This document shows, piece by piece, positions 7,511-16,209 of a stretch of DNA of 41,917 nt; position 1 is the stretch's first letter, and each line of letters starts with the position of its first letter. Position numbers and translations under genes: made by a program. The DNA lies in the sequence record SRR22947725_1091, one strand, 5' to 3'. Under the pieces are notes generated by a model that saw only the letters and a list, made by a program, of their open reading frames with translations, was not told where the DNA came from and searched no databases.

Positions 7511-8046
7511 GCGATCAGTTGTTGCCGGTGACGAGCCTATCTCAATTAATTGATGGCGTGGTGATCAAGCTCGGCTCAGCGTTAGGATGGATTTGGCTAC
7601 TGCTGATCGGTGTCATTGTTGTGAACGTTATTTCTCGCTACCTCTTCTCTGAAGGCTTTATTGAACTGGAAGAATTGCAATGGCACTTGTATGCCACCGG
7701 CTTTCTTCTAGGGCTATCCTACGCCTTAGTACAAGATGCCCATGTTCGAGTGGATGTCTTTCGGTCCAGATGGTCCGAGCAGACCCGAGCTTGGGTCGAA
7801 GGCTACGGACTATTGCTGCTGCTTTTACCCTTTGTGATGTTGGTCCTGATCGCGGCTGGCCCGTTCGTGCTGTACGCGTTTGAAACATCGGAAGTCTCGC
7901 AGGCGCCGGGCGGCTTGCCTTTTCGTTGGGTGATTAAAGCGATGCTTCCAATCGGGTTTGTTTTACTGTTGCTGGCAACGCTGTCCCGTCTGTCTCGGGT
8001 GTTGTGCCTGTTGTTTGGCTGGCCAAAGCCGAGGGCTGCGCAATGA
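7507..8046 (+). CDS. dctQ: TRAP transporter small permease
   Basis: Four hydrophobic segments, EELQWHLY and HVRVD; ATGA overlap with dctP. Confidence 0.92.
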   Translation: MSDQLLPVTSLSQLIDGVVIKLGSALGWIWLLLIGVIVVNVISRYLFSEGFIELEELQWHLYATGFLLGLSYALVQDAHVRVDVFRSRWSEQTRAWVEGYGLLLLLLPFVMLVLIAAGPFVLYAFETSEVSQAPGGLPFRWVIKAMLPIGFVLLLLATLSRLSRVLCLLFGWPKPRAAQ

Positions 8047-9392
8047 CCGATGGCGATTGGCTCAGTCTGTGGATGTTCGTCAGTTTTATCCTCTTAATTT
8101 TTTCTGGTTTTCCTGTGGCCTGGGTCCTTGGAGGACTCGCCGTGATCTTTACCGCTGTGGGAATGATCGCCGGCATTGATTTTGGTTGGGATATCGCAAT
8201 CAGCTGGGATTATTCAGGGCTTGTGGTGGATCGCATTTGGGACGTGATGAACAACTGGGTCTTGGTGGCGTTACCGATGTTTATTTTTATGGGGGTGATG
8301 CTTGAAAAGTCTGGATTGGCGGAGCGATTGTTACGAAATCTATCAACGTTATTCAATGCGGTTCCTGGGGGCATGGCGTTGTCAGTTGTTGGAATTGGCG
8401 TCTTGCTATCGGCATCGACGGGCATCATCGGTGCTTCTGTCGTGCTGCTGGGGCTCTTGGCGATGCCGCCGATGCTGGCGCGCGGTTATCAGCCTGAATT
8501 AGCGGCTGGTACCATAGCGGCGGTCGGGTCTTTAGGCATATTGGTGCCGCCTTCAATCATGCTGGTTATGATGGCGGATCGCTTGGCGTTGCCTGTCGGA
8601 CCGTTGTTTTTGGGCGCGCTGATCCCGGGGTTGATGTTGGCTGGTTTGTACGCGGTCTACATCGTGATGGTTGCGATTTTGAAACCAAAGCTTGCGCCGA
8701 GGGTTCTAAATCCCGAGCCCTTAACCCTTGGGGTGTTAATGGCGGTTGTTCAGGCCATGTTGCCGCCTCTGATGCTTATTTTTGCGGTGTTGGGATCCAT
8801 CTTTACTGGGATCGCAACGCCGACCGAAGCGGCAGGTGTTGGTGCCGCCGGCGCTCTGATCTTAACGGCGTGGTATGCCAATTTGACGCCCCAGGTCTTA
8901 AGGCAGGCCTTGCTTGAAACCACCAAAACAACCAGTTATATCTTTGCAATATTCTTGGGGGCTACAGCATTTTCGTTGGTGCTGCGCGGGCTTGGGGGTG
9001 ATCATTTGATCGAGAAAGGCCTTTTGGGTTTGCCCTTTGGGCCGGATGGGATATTGATCACCATCTTGCTGGTGGTTTTTTTATTGGGATTTGTCCTGGA
9101 TTGGATTGAGATCACCTTGATTGTGCTGCCACTGGTTGCCCCGGTGGTGACGGGGCTCGGGTTTGATTTGATTTGGTTTACCGTTTTGTTTGCGGTCTGC
9201 TTGCAAACCGCATTCCTGACACCGCCCGTTGGTTTTGCGATTTTTTATCTCAAAGGGGTGGTGCCAGATGCGGTGACGGTGCCTGTCATTTATCGCGGTG
9301 TTGTCCCGTTTATTGCGCTACAACTTCTTGGGTTGGTGCTCATTTATTGTTTTTCCGATTTGGTGCTGTACCTTCCCAGTCGTCTGCAATAG
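8043..9392 (+). CDS. dctM: TRAP transporter large permease
   Basis: ALPMFIFMG, LGILVPPS, ATPTEAA and FLTPPVG. ATG at 8043 overlaps the dctQ stop (ATGA). Confidence 0.93.
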   Translation: MTDGDWLSLWMFVSFILLIFSGFPVAWVLGGLAVIFTAVGMIAGIDFGWDIAISWDYSGLVVDRIWDVMNNWVLVALPMFIFMGVMLEKSGLAERLLRNLSTLFNAVPGGMALSVVGIGVLLSASTGIIGASVVLLGLLAMPPMLARGYQPELAAGTIAAVGSLGILVPPSIMLVMMADRLALPVGPLFLGALIPGLMLAGLYAVYIVMVAILKPKLAPRVLNPEPLTLGVLMAVVQAMLPPLMLIFAVLGSIFTGIATPTEAAGVGAAGALILTAWYANLTPQVLRQALLETTKTTSYIFAIFLGATAFSLVLRGLGGDHLIEKGLLGLPFGPDGILITILLVVFLLGFVLDWIEITLIVLPLVAPVVTGLGFDLIWFTVLFAVCLQTAFLTPPVGFAIFYLKGVVPDAVTVPVIYRGVVPFIALQLLGLVLIYCFSDLVLYLPSRLQ

Positions 9393-9617
9393 ATCGGTTG
9401 AGGCGCCTTTGCGGTTGCCCGGATGCACCCAGGCATTGAGGGGGGCAGCGCGCCCCCGCGCCCTGCCGAAAGCGGGCATCGGCTAACAGACTCAACAGTT
9501 CCGGTCGGATCCGATTTAGAATCAGGGGCAAAGTCCACACGGACACCTGGCGAATGTCTTGCGGCATAAGGCGCGAGCAAACCATAAGGCGCGGCCCTCG
9601 GCGCCATGCCGCGGCCT

Positions 9618-9653
9618 CGCCCCAATTAAGGGCAACCGCCCCAGCTTCGTGCA
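9618..9653. promoter_or_regulatory. Tandem NtrC-like enhancer sites
   Basis: CGCCCCAATTAAGGGCA (9618-9634) and CGCCCCAGCTTCGTGCA (9637-9653) resemble TGCACCA-N3-TGGTGCA and lie about 100-130 nt upstream of the sigma54 motif. Confidence 0.6.
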
Positions 9654-9748
9654 TGAATTCCGCAGTATCAAAAGCTGATCCGACCCGCACGGAACCCCTA
9701 ACCCTATGAATTGAACCCTGACGCCTATTTTTGTCGGGATTTTGATCT

Positions 9749-9764
9749 TGGCACCATCTTTGCT
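9749..9764 (+). promoter_or_regulatory. sigma54 (-24/-12) promoter of amtB
   Basis: TGGCAC-CATCT-TTGCT matches TGGCAC-N5-TTGCW. Confidence 0.85.
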
Positions 9765-9879
9765 TTTACTGAGGTAGGACAAAACCAGTCCAGGGAATGA
9801 GCCGACTAAGCTCGCAGGAGTTAGGTCAGCACATATTCAGGAGCGAAAAGCGTCACGACGTTATCCGAGGAGGAAAATT

Positions 9880-11121
9880 GTGGAAGAGTCATTAATACAA
9901 CTTAGTTATTCGGTAGATACGCTCTACTTTTTAGTGATGGGGGCATTGGTCATGTTTATGGCGCCCGGATTCGCCATGCTCGAAGCCGGAATGGTTCGAG
10001 CTAAAAATACCAGTGAAATTTTAACCAAGAATGTGGCGTTGTTTGCGATCGCCTCCCTGATGTATCTGATTGTGGGCTATAGCATTATGTATAGCGATGG
10101 TTCCGGATGGATTCCAGGGATCGGCACCTACCTGGGTGGTGGTGATAACTCAGTGAGTGAGGTTTTAGCGTCCGATGGCGATATCTACTACTCCGGGGCA
10201 TCAGACTTCTTTTTCCAGGTTGTGTTTGTTGCTACCGCGATGTCGATCATCTCAGGCGCGGTTGCAGAGCGAATGAAGCTATTCGCGTTCCTGGCTTTCG
10301 CAGTTGTGATGACTGGTTTTATTTATCCGGTGCAAGGGTTCTGGAAATGGGGCGGCGGTGCTTTAGATGAAGCAGGCTTTCTAGATTTCGCAGGTTCTGG
10401 CGTGGTGCATATGTGTGGCGCTGCCGCGGCACTCGCTGGCGTTATCTTGCTCGGCGCAAGAAAAGGCAAGTACGGCCCCAATGGACAAGTGAATCCCCTG
10501 CCAGGCGCAAACATGCCGCTCGCAACGCTGGGCATGTTCATACTCTGGTTTGGTTGGTTTGGGTTCAATGGTGGCTCAGAATTAGTCATCAGCAATATTG
10601 AGGAAGCCAATGCGGTTGCACTGATCTTCGTCAACACCAATACCGCGGCTGCGGCTGGCCTGATTGGCGCGCTTCTAACGGCTAAAGTGCTATTTGGCAA
10701 AGCGGATCTCACCATGGCGCTAAATGGTGCTTTGGCCGGATTGGTTTCGATTACAGCCGAACCTTTGACGCCGATGCCTGGCGAAGCAGCACTCATTGGC
10801 CTGGCGGGCGGGATCTTAGTGGTCGGCTCGATCGTTTTGCTCGACAAGCTTCGAATCGATGATCCGGTCGGCGCGATTTCGGTTCACGGTACCTGCGGAA
10901 TATGGGGCTTGCTGGCAGTGTGTTTCACAAATTCAGATGCCACGCTTTCCGCACAGTTAATGGGTATCAGCGCAATTTTCCTCTGGACCTTTGTGGTCGG
11001 CGGCATCGCTTGGATGGTTATTAAGTTGGTAATGGGTCTTAGAATTTCTGAAGAAGAAGAGATTGCAGGCTCTGATATCTCGGAGATTGGCATCGAAGCT
11101 TACCCCGAATTCACCCGTTAA
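9880..11121 (+). CDS. amtB: Ammonium transporter (Amt family)
   Basis: GFAMLEAG, ISGAVAER, DFAGSGVVH, LWFGWFGFNGGS and DDPVGAISVHG. GTG start after a strong GAGGAGGA RBS. Confidence 0.96.
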   Translation: MEESLIQLSYSVDTLYFLVMGALVMFMAPGFAMLEAGMVRAKNTSEILTKNVALFAIASLMYLIVGYSIMYSDGSGWIPGIGTYLGGGDNSVSEVLASDGDIYYSGASDFFFQVVFVATAMSIISGAVAERMKLFAFLAFAVVMTGFIYPVQGFWKWGGGALDEAGFLDFAGSGVVHMCGAAAALAGVILLGARKGKYGPNGQVNPLPGANMPLATLGMFILWFGWFGFNGGSELVISNIEEANAVALIFVNTNTAAAAGLIGALLTAKVLFGKADLTMALNGALAGLVSITAEPLTPMPGEAALIGLAGGILVVGSIVLLDKLRIDDPVGAISVHGTCGIWGLLAVCFTNSDATLSAQLMGISAIFLWTFVVGGIAWMVIKLVMGLRISEEEEIAGSDISEIGIEAYPEFTR

Positions 11122-11195
11122 TCAGTTTGGTGGGGGGTGCCAGGGACGGCGCCTTCTGCCTTTATTTCCCCCCCGAGTCTCACAAAAGACTCTTT

Positions 11196-11223
11196 AGGCG
11201 CTCACAGTGTGAGCGCCTTTTTT
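11196..11223 (+). terminator. Rho-independent terminator after amtB
   Basis: AGGCGCTCAC-AGT-GTGAGCGCCT followed by TTTTT. Confidence 0.88.
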
Positions 11224-11771
11224 TATGGTGAATAGGCCCCGGGAAAGGGTTCTAACGGTTCAGCTGGGACCTTGGCCATGAAGCGTTCTTCTTTAAAAAG
11301 ATTAAAGCCGTGTTTTGTATAGTTTGGAAGTGCATTGGGATGGTCGAGTGAACAGGTATGGAGCCAAACGCGGCGCTGACTGGGCTTAAACGCTTGATGA
11401 ATTGCATCTTGTAGCAGATCGCTGCCGAGGCCCCTGCCAACCCAATTAGGCATAAGCCCAAACAAACAAATTTCAGAGGCGCTGTCATGGCCGTGCTTGA
11501 TCTCAAAATAACCGATCGGATTGCCCGAAACATAAGCAACCCAAAACGCAACGTTGGGTTGGTTAACGTGATGCTGCCACTCGGACAAGGACCAACCGAT
11601 TTTTTCATACCAAAGCCAAGGCGCACCCACCGTTGCATAGAGGTATCGACAAAAACCGGGATCTGGGTCGACAAGGTTCACAAGCTCGTAGGCGTGAGGC
11701 GGCGGGGGGGCTGGCAAGGGCGTTAATCGCTCTAGGTGCCAAACGGTGATGTCCTTTAGTTCCCAATGCAT
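11223..11771 (-). CDS. GNAT-family N-acetyltransferase
   Basis: FGLMPNWVGRGLG acetyl-CoA motif and RVWLHTCSLDHPNALPNY. Confidence 0.88.
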   Translation of the reverse strand: MHWELKDITVWHLERLTPLPAPPPPHAYELVNLVDPDPGFCRYLYATVGAPWLWYEKIGWSLSEWQHHVNQPNVAFWVAYVSGNPIGYFEIKHGHDSASEICLFGLMPNWVGRGLGSDLLQDAIHQAFKPSQRRVWLHTCSLDHPNALPNYTKHGFNLFKEERFMAKVPAEPLEPFPGAYSP

Positions 11772-11776
11772 CGTAC

Positions 11777-12457
11777 TTAGGCGTTAATGGCCCACCCTCC
11801 CGAGAATGGAAAGATTTGGCCTACAAAGAAATCACTGTTGTTTGAGGCCAGAAAGAGTGCGAATTCTGCTTGTTCCTCAGGCCGAGCAACCCGCCGAATC
11901 GGAACGTTGCGCGCGAGGTGCTTTTGAAACCGCTCACTCTGAACCAGTTCATCCGGGTAGTAAACGGGGTTGCTCACATAGTTTTGGGCAATGGCATTGA
12001 TCTGTACGTTCTTGGCCGCAAATTCGAGACCGACGGCTTTGATAAACGCATTTTGAGCACCCCGAGCCGCGCAATAGGCGGCGGATCCCGGCAAACCTTT
12101 TAAGGGTGCGGCGCTGGTGATCGCAATAATTTTTCCGTGACCTTGATCGGCCATTCGTGGGGCAAAGTGTCTCACCAAGGCCATCAGTGGATGCACCATT
12201 GTGTCAAACAGCTTCTCCCAGCTTTCATCCGCTAAGGTTTCAATGGGACCGTTACAGGGATCATGGGCGAGGTTGGCAATGACAACATCGAAGTCTGGTA
12301 AATCCTGAACATACCTTGCGAACTGGGCACCGAATGGAACCAATCCAGGGCGCGCCGTGACGCGGGCGGCTTCTGCGGCAAACAAGTCTGCAATCGCTGG
12401 CCCCATGTAATCGTCAGACTGGGTGATTAAAACCTTTTTGTGTTCGAGTCGGGTCAT
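11777..12457 (-). CDS. Halohydrin dehalogenase (SDR-like fold, HheE-like)
   Basis: T-X4-Y-X-G (TQSDDYMG) replaces the Rossmann TGxxxGxG. Catalytic S-X12-Y-X3-R (S-AAPLKGLPGSAA-Y-CAA-R). Likely start MTRLEH at 12457. Confidence 0.85.
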   Translation of the reverse strand: MTRLEHKKVLITQSDDYMGPAIADLFAAEAARVTARPGLVPFGAQFARYVQDLPDFDVVIANLAHDPCNGPIETLADESWEKLFDTMVHPLMALVRHFAPRMADQGHGKIIAITSAAPLKGLPGSAAYCAARGAQNAFIKAVGLEFAAKNVQINAIAQNYVSNPVYYPDELVQSERFQKHLARNVPIRRVARPEEQAEFALFLASNNSDFFVGQIFPFSGGWAINA

Positions 12458-12515
12458 GAATCTTGATTCCCTAAGCTTTGCTGGAGGGTCTGAGTCGGGT
12501 CCTATCAATGCCCAC

Positions 12516-12905
12516 TCAATTAATGGTAACGGCGTTCTCTAAGAGATGCTCCAGAGGAACAATTTTAAGCGCTTCTTGGTGCGTACTGGTGAGAATGACT
12601 TTTGGGGCAATGCCCGCCTCATAGGCTTCGAGCCATCGTCCCGCACACAAGCACCAACTGTCGCCGGGTTTGAGGCCATCAAAGCCAAATTCAGGATGGG
12701 GCGTCATGAGGTCGTTGCCCCTTGCTTTCGAAAACAATAAAAACGCCTCGCTAATTTCGACACAAACCGTGTGTGAGCCTGCATCTTCCGCGCAGGTATT
12801 ACACAGGCCATCGCGAAGGAATCCGGTTAATGGCTTATTGCTGCAAGGTGACAGTTCACTGCCGAGAACGTTAATAGAAGGCGCAAGGACAAGGGGGTTA
12901 TTCAT
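12516..12905 (-). CDS. DUF2237-family protein
   Basis: NVLG..L.PCS..PLTGF.RDG.C, GSHTVC and GLKPGDSWCLCAGRW. Confidence 0.9.
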   Translation of the reverse strand: MNNPLVLAPSINVLGSELSPCSNKPLTGFLRDGLCNTCAEDAGSHTVCVEISEAFLLFSKARGNDLMTPHPEFGFDGLKPGDSWCLCAGRWLEAYEAGIAPKVILTSTHQEALKIVPLEHLLENAVTIN

Positions 12906-13437
12906 TGGGTTTTTGCTCAAATTCAGGAATGGGGTCTGCTCGGTCTGTTAACGGATTGGCGCCGGTTAGGTATTTACGCTGCACCGCTGTTCGGTCACCG
13001 TGAACTCTAAACTGGCGGAGATCCAAGTCAGGATAATCACAAATATCGATGGCGCATCGAGTGCCGCCCATAAGGTAAATAAGATCTTCAGGGTTTGGAT
13101 TGTATAAACTATGGGCTTCAGAGCGCGTATTAAAGCCCATAAAATCCCCTGGCGCGACGTCATGTTGATGCTCACCAATTCGGGCAAGGCCGCAACCAGA
13201 CAAAATATAGATGAATTCTTCATCTTCATGATGACGGTGATATTCCGTTGAGAAATGCCCTTGGGTCAAGGTCACGAGGTGAACGCCTAAGGTCTCAAGG
13301 CCAGTAAGGTTTGATAAAGACCGTGTGAGGCGGATGGCATTGGCATTATGCTGGTGCACGTGTCGGACAGGTTCTAAGCCGTCGATATCCGATCGACGTA
13401 GTAGGGCATCGACCGGGCGCGCTTTTGGTTGGGCCAT
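12898..13437 (-). CDS. Cupin-domain protein
   Basis: EYHRHHEDEEFIYILSG and GDFMGF....AHSLYN metal-binding motifs. Confidence 0.88.
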   Translation of the reverse strand: MAQPKARPVDALLRRSDIDGLEPVRHVHQHNANAIRLTRSLSNLTGLETLGVHLVTLTQGHFSTEYHRHHEDEEFIYILSGCGLARIGEHQHDVAPGDFMGFNTRSEAHSLYNPNPEDLIYLMGGTRCAIDICDYPDLDLRQFRVHGDRTAVQRKYLTGANPLTDRADPIPEFEQKPNE

Positions 13438-13439
13438 GG

Positions 13440-14918
13440 CTAGCCTCTTCTTCGGGGTGGTTTCCGGGTATCTTTGTCTTTCGGAATGAGATCGTTATTC
13501 ACCCGCCGCGCCCGAACGGGCGAGCCAAGTTGAATCAAGAGGTCATCCGGCGGATAGGTGAAGCTCAATGACTCGCCAAGAAGTGCTTCGATGCTCGGCA
13601 TCATGAAGGCATCGCTTTCACAGACCAAGCTGATCGAGATCCCTTTGGCGCCGGCGCGGCCGGTTCGGCCAATCCGATGCACGTAATCTTCCGGGTCTTC
13701 TGGCAAATTATAATTGACGACGTGGCTGATGTTGTCGACGTGAATTCCACGTCCAGCAACATCGGTGGCCACCATAACTTGAATATCGCCATCCTTAAAC
13801 TCGTCTAGCGTCTTGATGCGCTTGCGTTGCGCGACTTCGCCGGTGAGCAATCCTGTTTTAAACCCTTGTCGATAGAGCTTTTCCTCAAGTCGCCGGGTTT
13901 CGTCTCGGCGATTCACAAACACGATCACTTTACTTTCGGTTTGTTGGGCAATGAGGTTACACAAGACTGTGAATTTTTCTGATTCCGACGTGAAATAAAT
14001 CAATTGTTCGACACTGCTAACGGCAACCTGTTCGGGCGCAATTTCGATTTTGACGGGGTCTAGGGTCCAAGTTTTTGCTAGTCGCTTGATATCCTCACTA
14101 AAAGTCGCGCTGTATAGCTGAGTTTGCCGCTTATCTTTCTTAGGTGTTCGCTGAACGATGGCTTTCACATCTGGGATAAAGCCCATATTCAACATTCTGT
14201 CGGCCTCATCAATCACGAGGGTTTCGACTTGGCCTAGATTGATGACCCCAGAACGGCAGAAATCAAGCAATCTACCGGGGGTTGCGACAATGACCTCAAC
14301 GGGTCTTTCAAGTTCTCGTTTTTGTTTTTCATAATCAATGCCGCCGACCACAGCCATCACGTGCAAATCAGTGAACGCTGTCAGCAGTTCGGCATCTGAT
14401 GCAATTTGCATGACCAACTCTCGGGTCGGTGCAATGATGAGCGCGAAGGGGGTGCCGGCTTTGCGGGGTTGCCGCTCAGGATTTTCTAAATGGTAGGTGA
14501 TAATAGAAATTAAAAAGGCCGCAGTTTTGCCTGTGCCCGTTTGCGCCTGGGCGATCACATCTTCGCCATCTAAGCTGTGGGGTAAAACTTCTTTCTGGAT
14601 CGGTGTGCAGTTCGAGAAATTAAGCTTTCGGATAGCCAGGTTCAACGGTTCAGGCAGATCAAGATCTATGAAATCTTGACCTAGCAAGGGTAGGTCCGCA
14701 GGCGGTTGTTTTGCGAGGGACTTGCCGGCTTGACCAGAAGGTTGCAAGGCGGCCTGTTGCGTCGCTGCCGGTTTGGGTGCCGGGCGCTGCTTTGTGGCAG
14801 GCTTCTTCTGAGTGGCCTTCTTCTGAGCGGTTTTTAGGGTGGACGCTGATGGCTTGACAGGTTTAGCGGGCGACTTCTTGGTTTTGAATAGGTTTGAAAA
14901 AATACTCATACTCGACAA
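13440..14918 (-). CDS. rhlB: DEAD-box RNA helicase, RhlB type
   Basis: AQTGTGKT, PTREL, DEAD, SAT and HRIGRTGRAG. MLNMGFIP and the long basic N-terminal extension resemble pseudomonad RhlB. Confidence 0.88.
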   Translation of the reverse strand: MSSMSIFSNLFKTKKSPAKPVKPSASTLKTAQKKATQKKPATKQRPAPKPAATQQAALQPSGQAGKSLAKQPPADLPLLGQDFIDLDLPEPLNLAIRKLNFSNCTPIQKEVLPHSLDGEDVIAQAQTGTGKTAAFLISIITYHLENPERQPRKAGTPFALIIAPTRELVMQIASDAELLTAFTDLHVMAVVGGIDYEKQKRELERPVEVIVATPGRLLDFCRSGVINLGQVETLVIDEADRMLNMGFIPDVKAIVQRTPKKDKRQTQLYSATFSEDIKRLAKTWTLDPVKIEIAPEQVAVSSVEQLIYFTSESEKFTVLCNLIAQQTESKVIVFVNRRDETRRLEEKLYRQGFKTGLLTGEVAQRKRIKTLDEFKDGDIQVMVATDVAGRGIHVDNISHVVNYNLPEDPEDYVHRIGRTGRAGAKGISISLVCESDAFMMPSIEALLGESLSFTYPPDDLLIQLGSPVRARRVNNDLIPKDKDTRKPPRRRG

Positions 14919-14997
14919 GCTGTACTGAAGGCGACGCCATGCTGGGGCTGCTGTAATCTCATAAGGTTTTATCTTATTGCTTTAGGAATTTGCGCGC

Positions 14998-16209
14998 TTA
15001 GTGACCACTTCCACTGGCTTTGACGATGCAACAAACTAGGACATCAAGCGCTTGATCGAGCTCCATCATATCAGGAAAGCTGGGCGCAATTCGGATATTC
15101 TTATCCTCCGGGTCGCACCCATAAGGAAAGGTTGCACCAGCGGGGGTAAGCTTTACACCCGCGGCATTGGCTAACGCGATAACGCGAGTCGCGCTGGCGG
15201 TTTTCAAATCTAAGGAAACGAAGTAACCGCCACCGGGTTGACTCCAAGTGGCTAAGTCTATCTCGGCCAGTGGCATCAATTTTTTCTGGACCCGCTTGAA
15301 TTTTGGCGCCAGGATCGCTCGGTGCGCCGTCATATGCCTTGCAATGTCGTTTGGATCTTTCAGCAGACGGGCATGTCTCAGCTGATTTACCTTATCAAAA
15401 CCAATCATTTGCGGCGTGAGAAAGGTCTCGAATCCCTTTAACATCGGCTCGCTTAAGCCGCAAAATGCGAGCCCAGCACCGGCAAAGGTAATCTTGGATG
15501 TTGATGCAAAGAGGGCAATTTGATCTGCTGTTCCAGCGTCTTGAGCGTGCGCCATGATGTTGCTAAGGGGCATCGTTTGGGGGTCTAAATCGTGAGCCGC
15601 ATAAGCGTTATCCCACATTAGGACAAAGTCTTTGCTTGCAAGATTCGGCAAGTTTGCGAGCCGCTTGACGGTTGCCTCGCTATAAGTGTGTCCAGTTGGA
15701 TTGCTGTGCTTTGGCACGCACCAGATGCCTTTGATATTTTGATCTTGGCGGACGAGCGTCTCGATTTCGGTCATGTTGGGGCCTGCATTGTCGAAGCCCA
15801 CCGAGAGCATTTCAATGCCCAAGTGCTCACAGATCGTAAAGTGACGATCATAGCCCGGCACCACGCAAATAAATTTGAATGTCTGCGACGGGTTATTTGC
15901 CTGCCAGGCCTTGAGTCGCCAAACCAGGAATTGATACATGAGTGTGAGGCTGCTGTTGCCGCCGGCCATGATGTACTTGGGATCAACGTCAAGCAATGTG
16001 CCGCCCAGGGCACGTGCCTCGGGTATCCCCAGCAGGCCGCCATAATTGCGGGCATCGATGCCATCGGTTGTCTTAAAGTTACCACCGATCATATCCTCCA
16101 AGGCGCAGCTGAGATCAAGCTGATCGGAGCAGGGCTTGCCTCGGGTCAAATCCAGCGTGAGGCCAGCGTTTAAATATTGTTCGTATTGCGCGTCGATCGA
16201 CGTGGTCAT
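14998..16209 (-). CDS. PLP-dependent class I aminotransferase (actinobacterial AspT-like aspartate aminotransferase family)
   Basis: LDLTRGKP, PGYDRHF, SNPTG, WDNAY, STSKIT (PLP Lys), GGYF and NIRIAPSF. Confidence 0.85.
   Translation of the reverse strand: MTTSIDAQYEQYLNAGLTLDLTRGKPCSDQLDLSCALEDMIGGNFKTTDGIDARNYGGLLGIPEARALGGTLLDVDPKYIMAGGNSSLTLMYQFLVWRLKAWQANNPSQTFKFICVVPGYDRHFTICEHLGIEMLSVGFDNAGPNMTEIETLVRQDQNIKGIWCVPKHSNPTGHTYSEATVKRLANLPNLASKDFVLMWDNAYAAHDLDPQTMPLSNIMAHAQDAGTADQIALFASTSKITFAGAGLAFCGLSEPMLKGFETFLTPQMIGFDKVNQLRHARLLKDPNDIARHMTAHRAILAPKFKRVQKKLMPLAEIDLATWSQPGGGYFVSLDLKTASATRVIALANAAGVKLTPAGATFPYGCDPEDKNIRIAPSFPDMMELDQALDVLVCCIVKASGSGH

Noticed and set aside
9340-9782. Three minus-strand ORFs upstream of amtB
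   Set aside because: No motifs or clear RBS. The region is better explained as the sigma54/NtrC control region.
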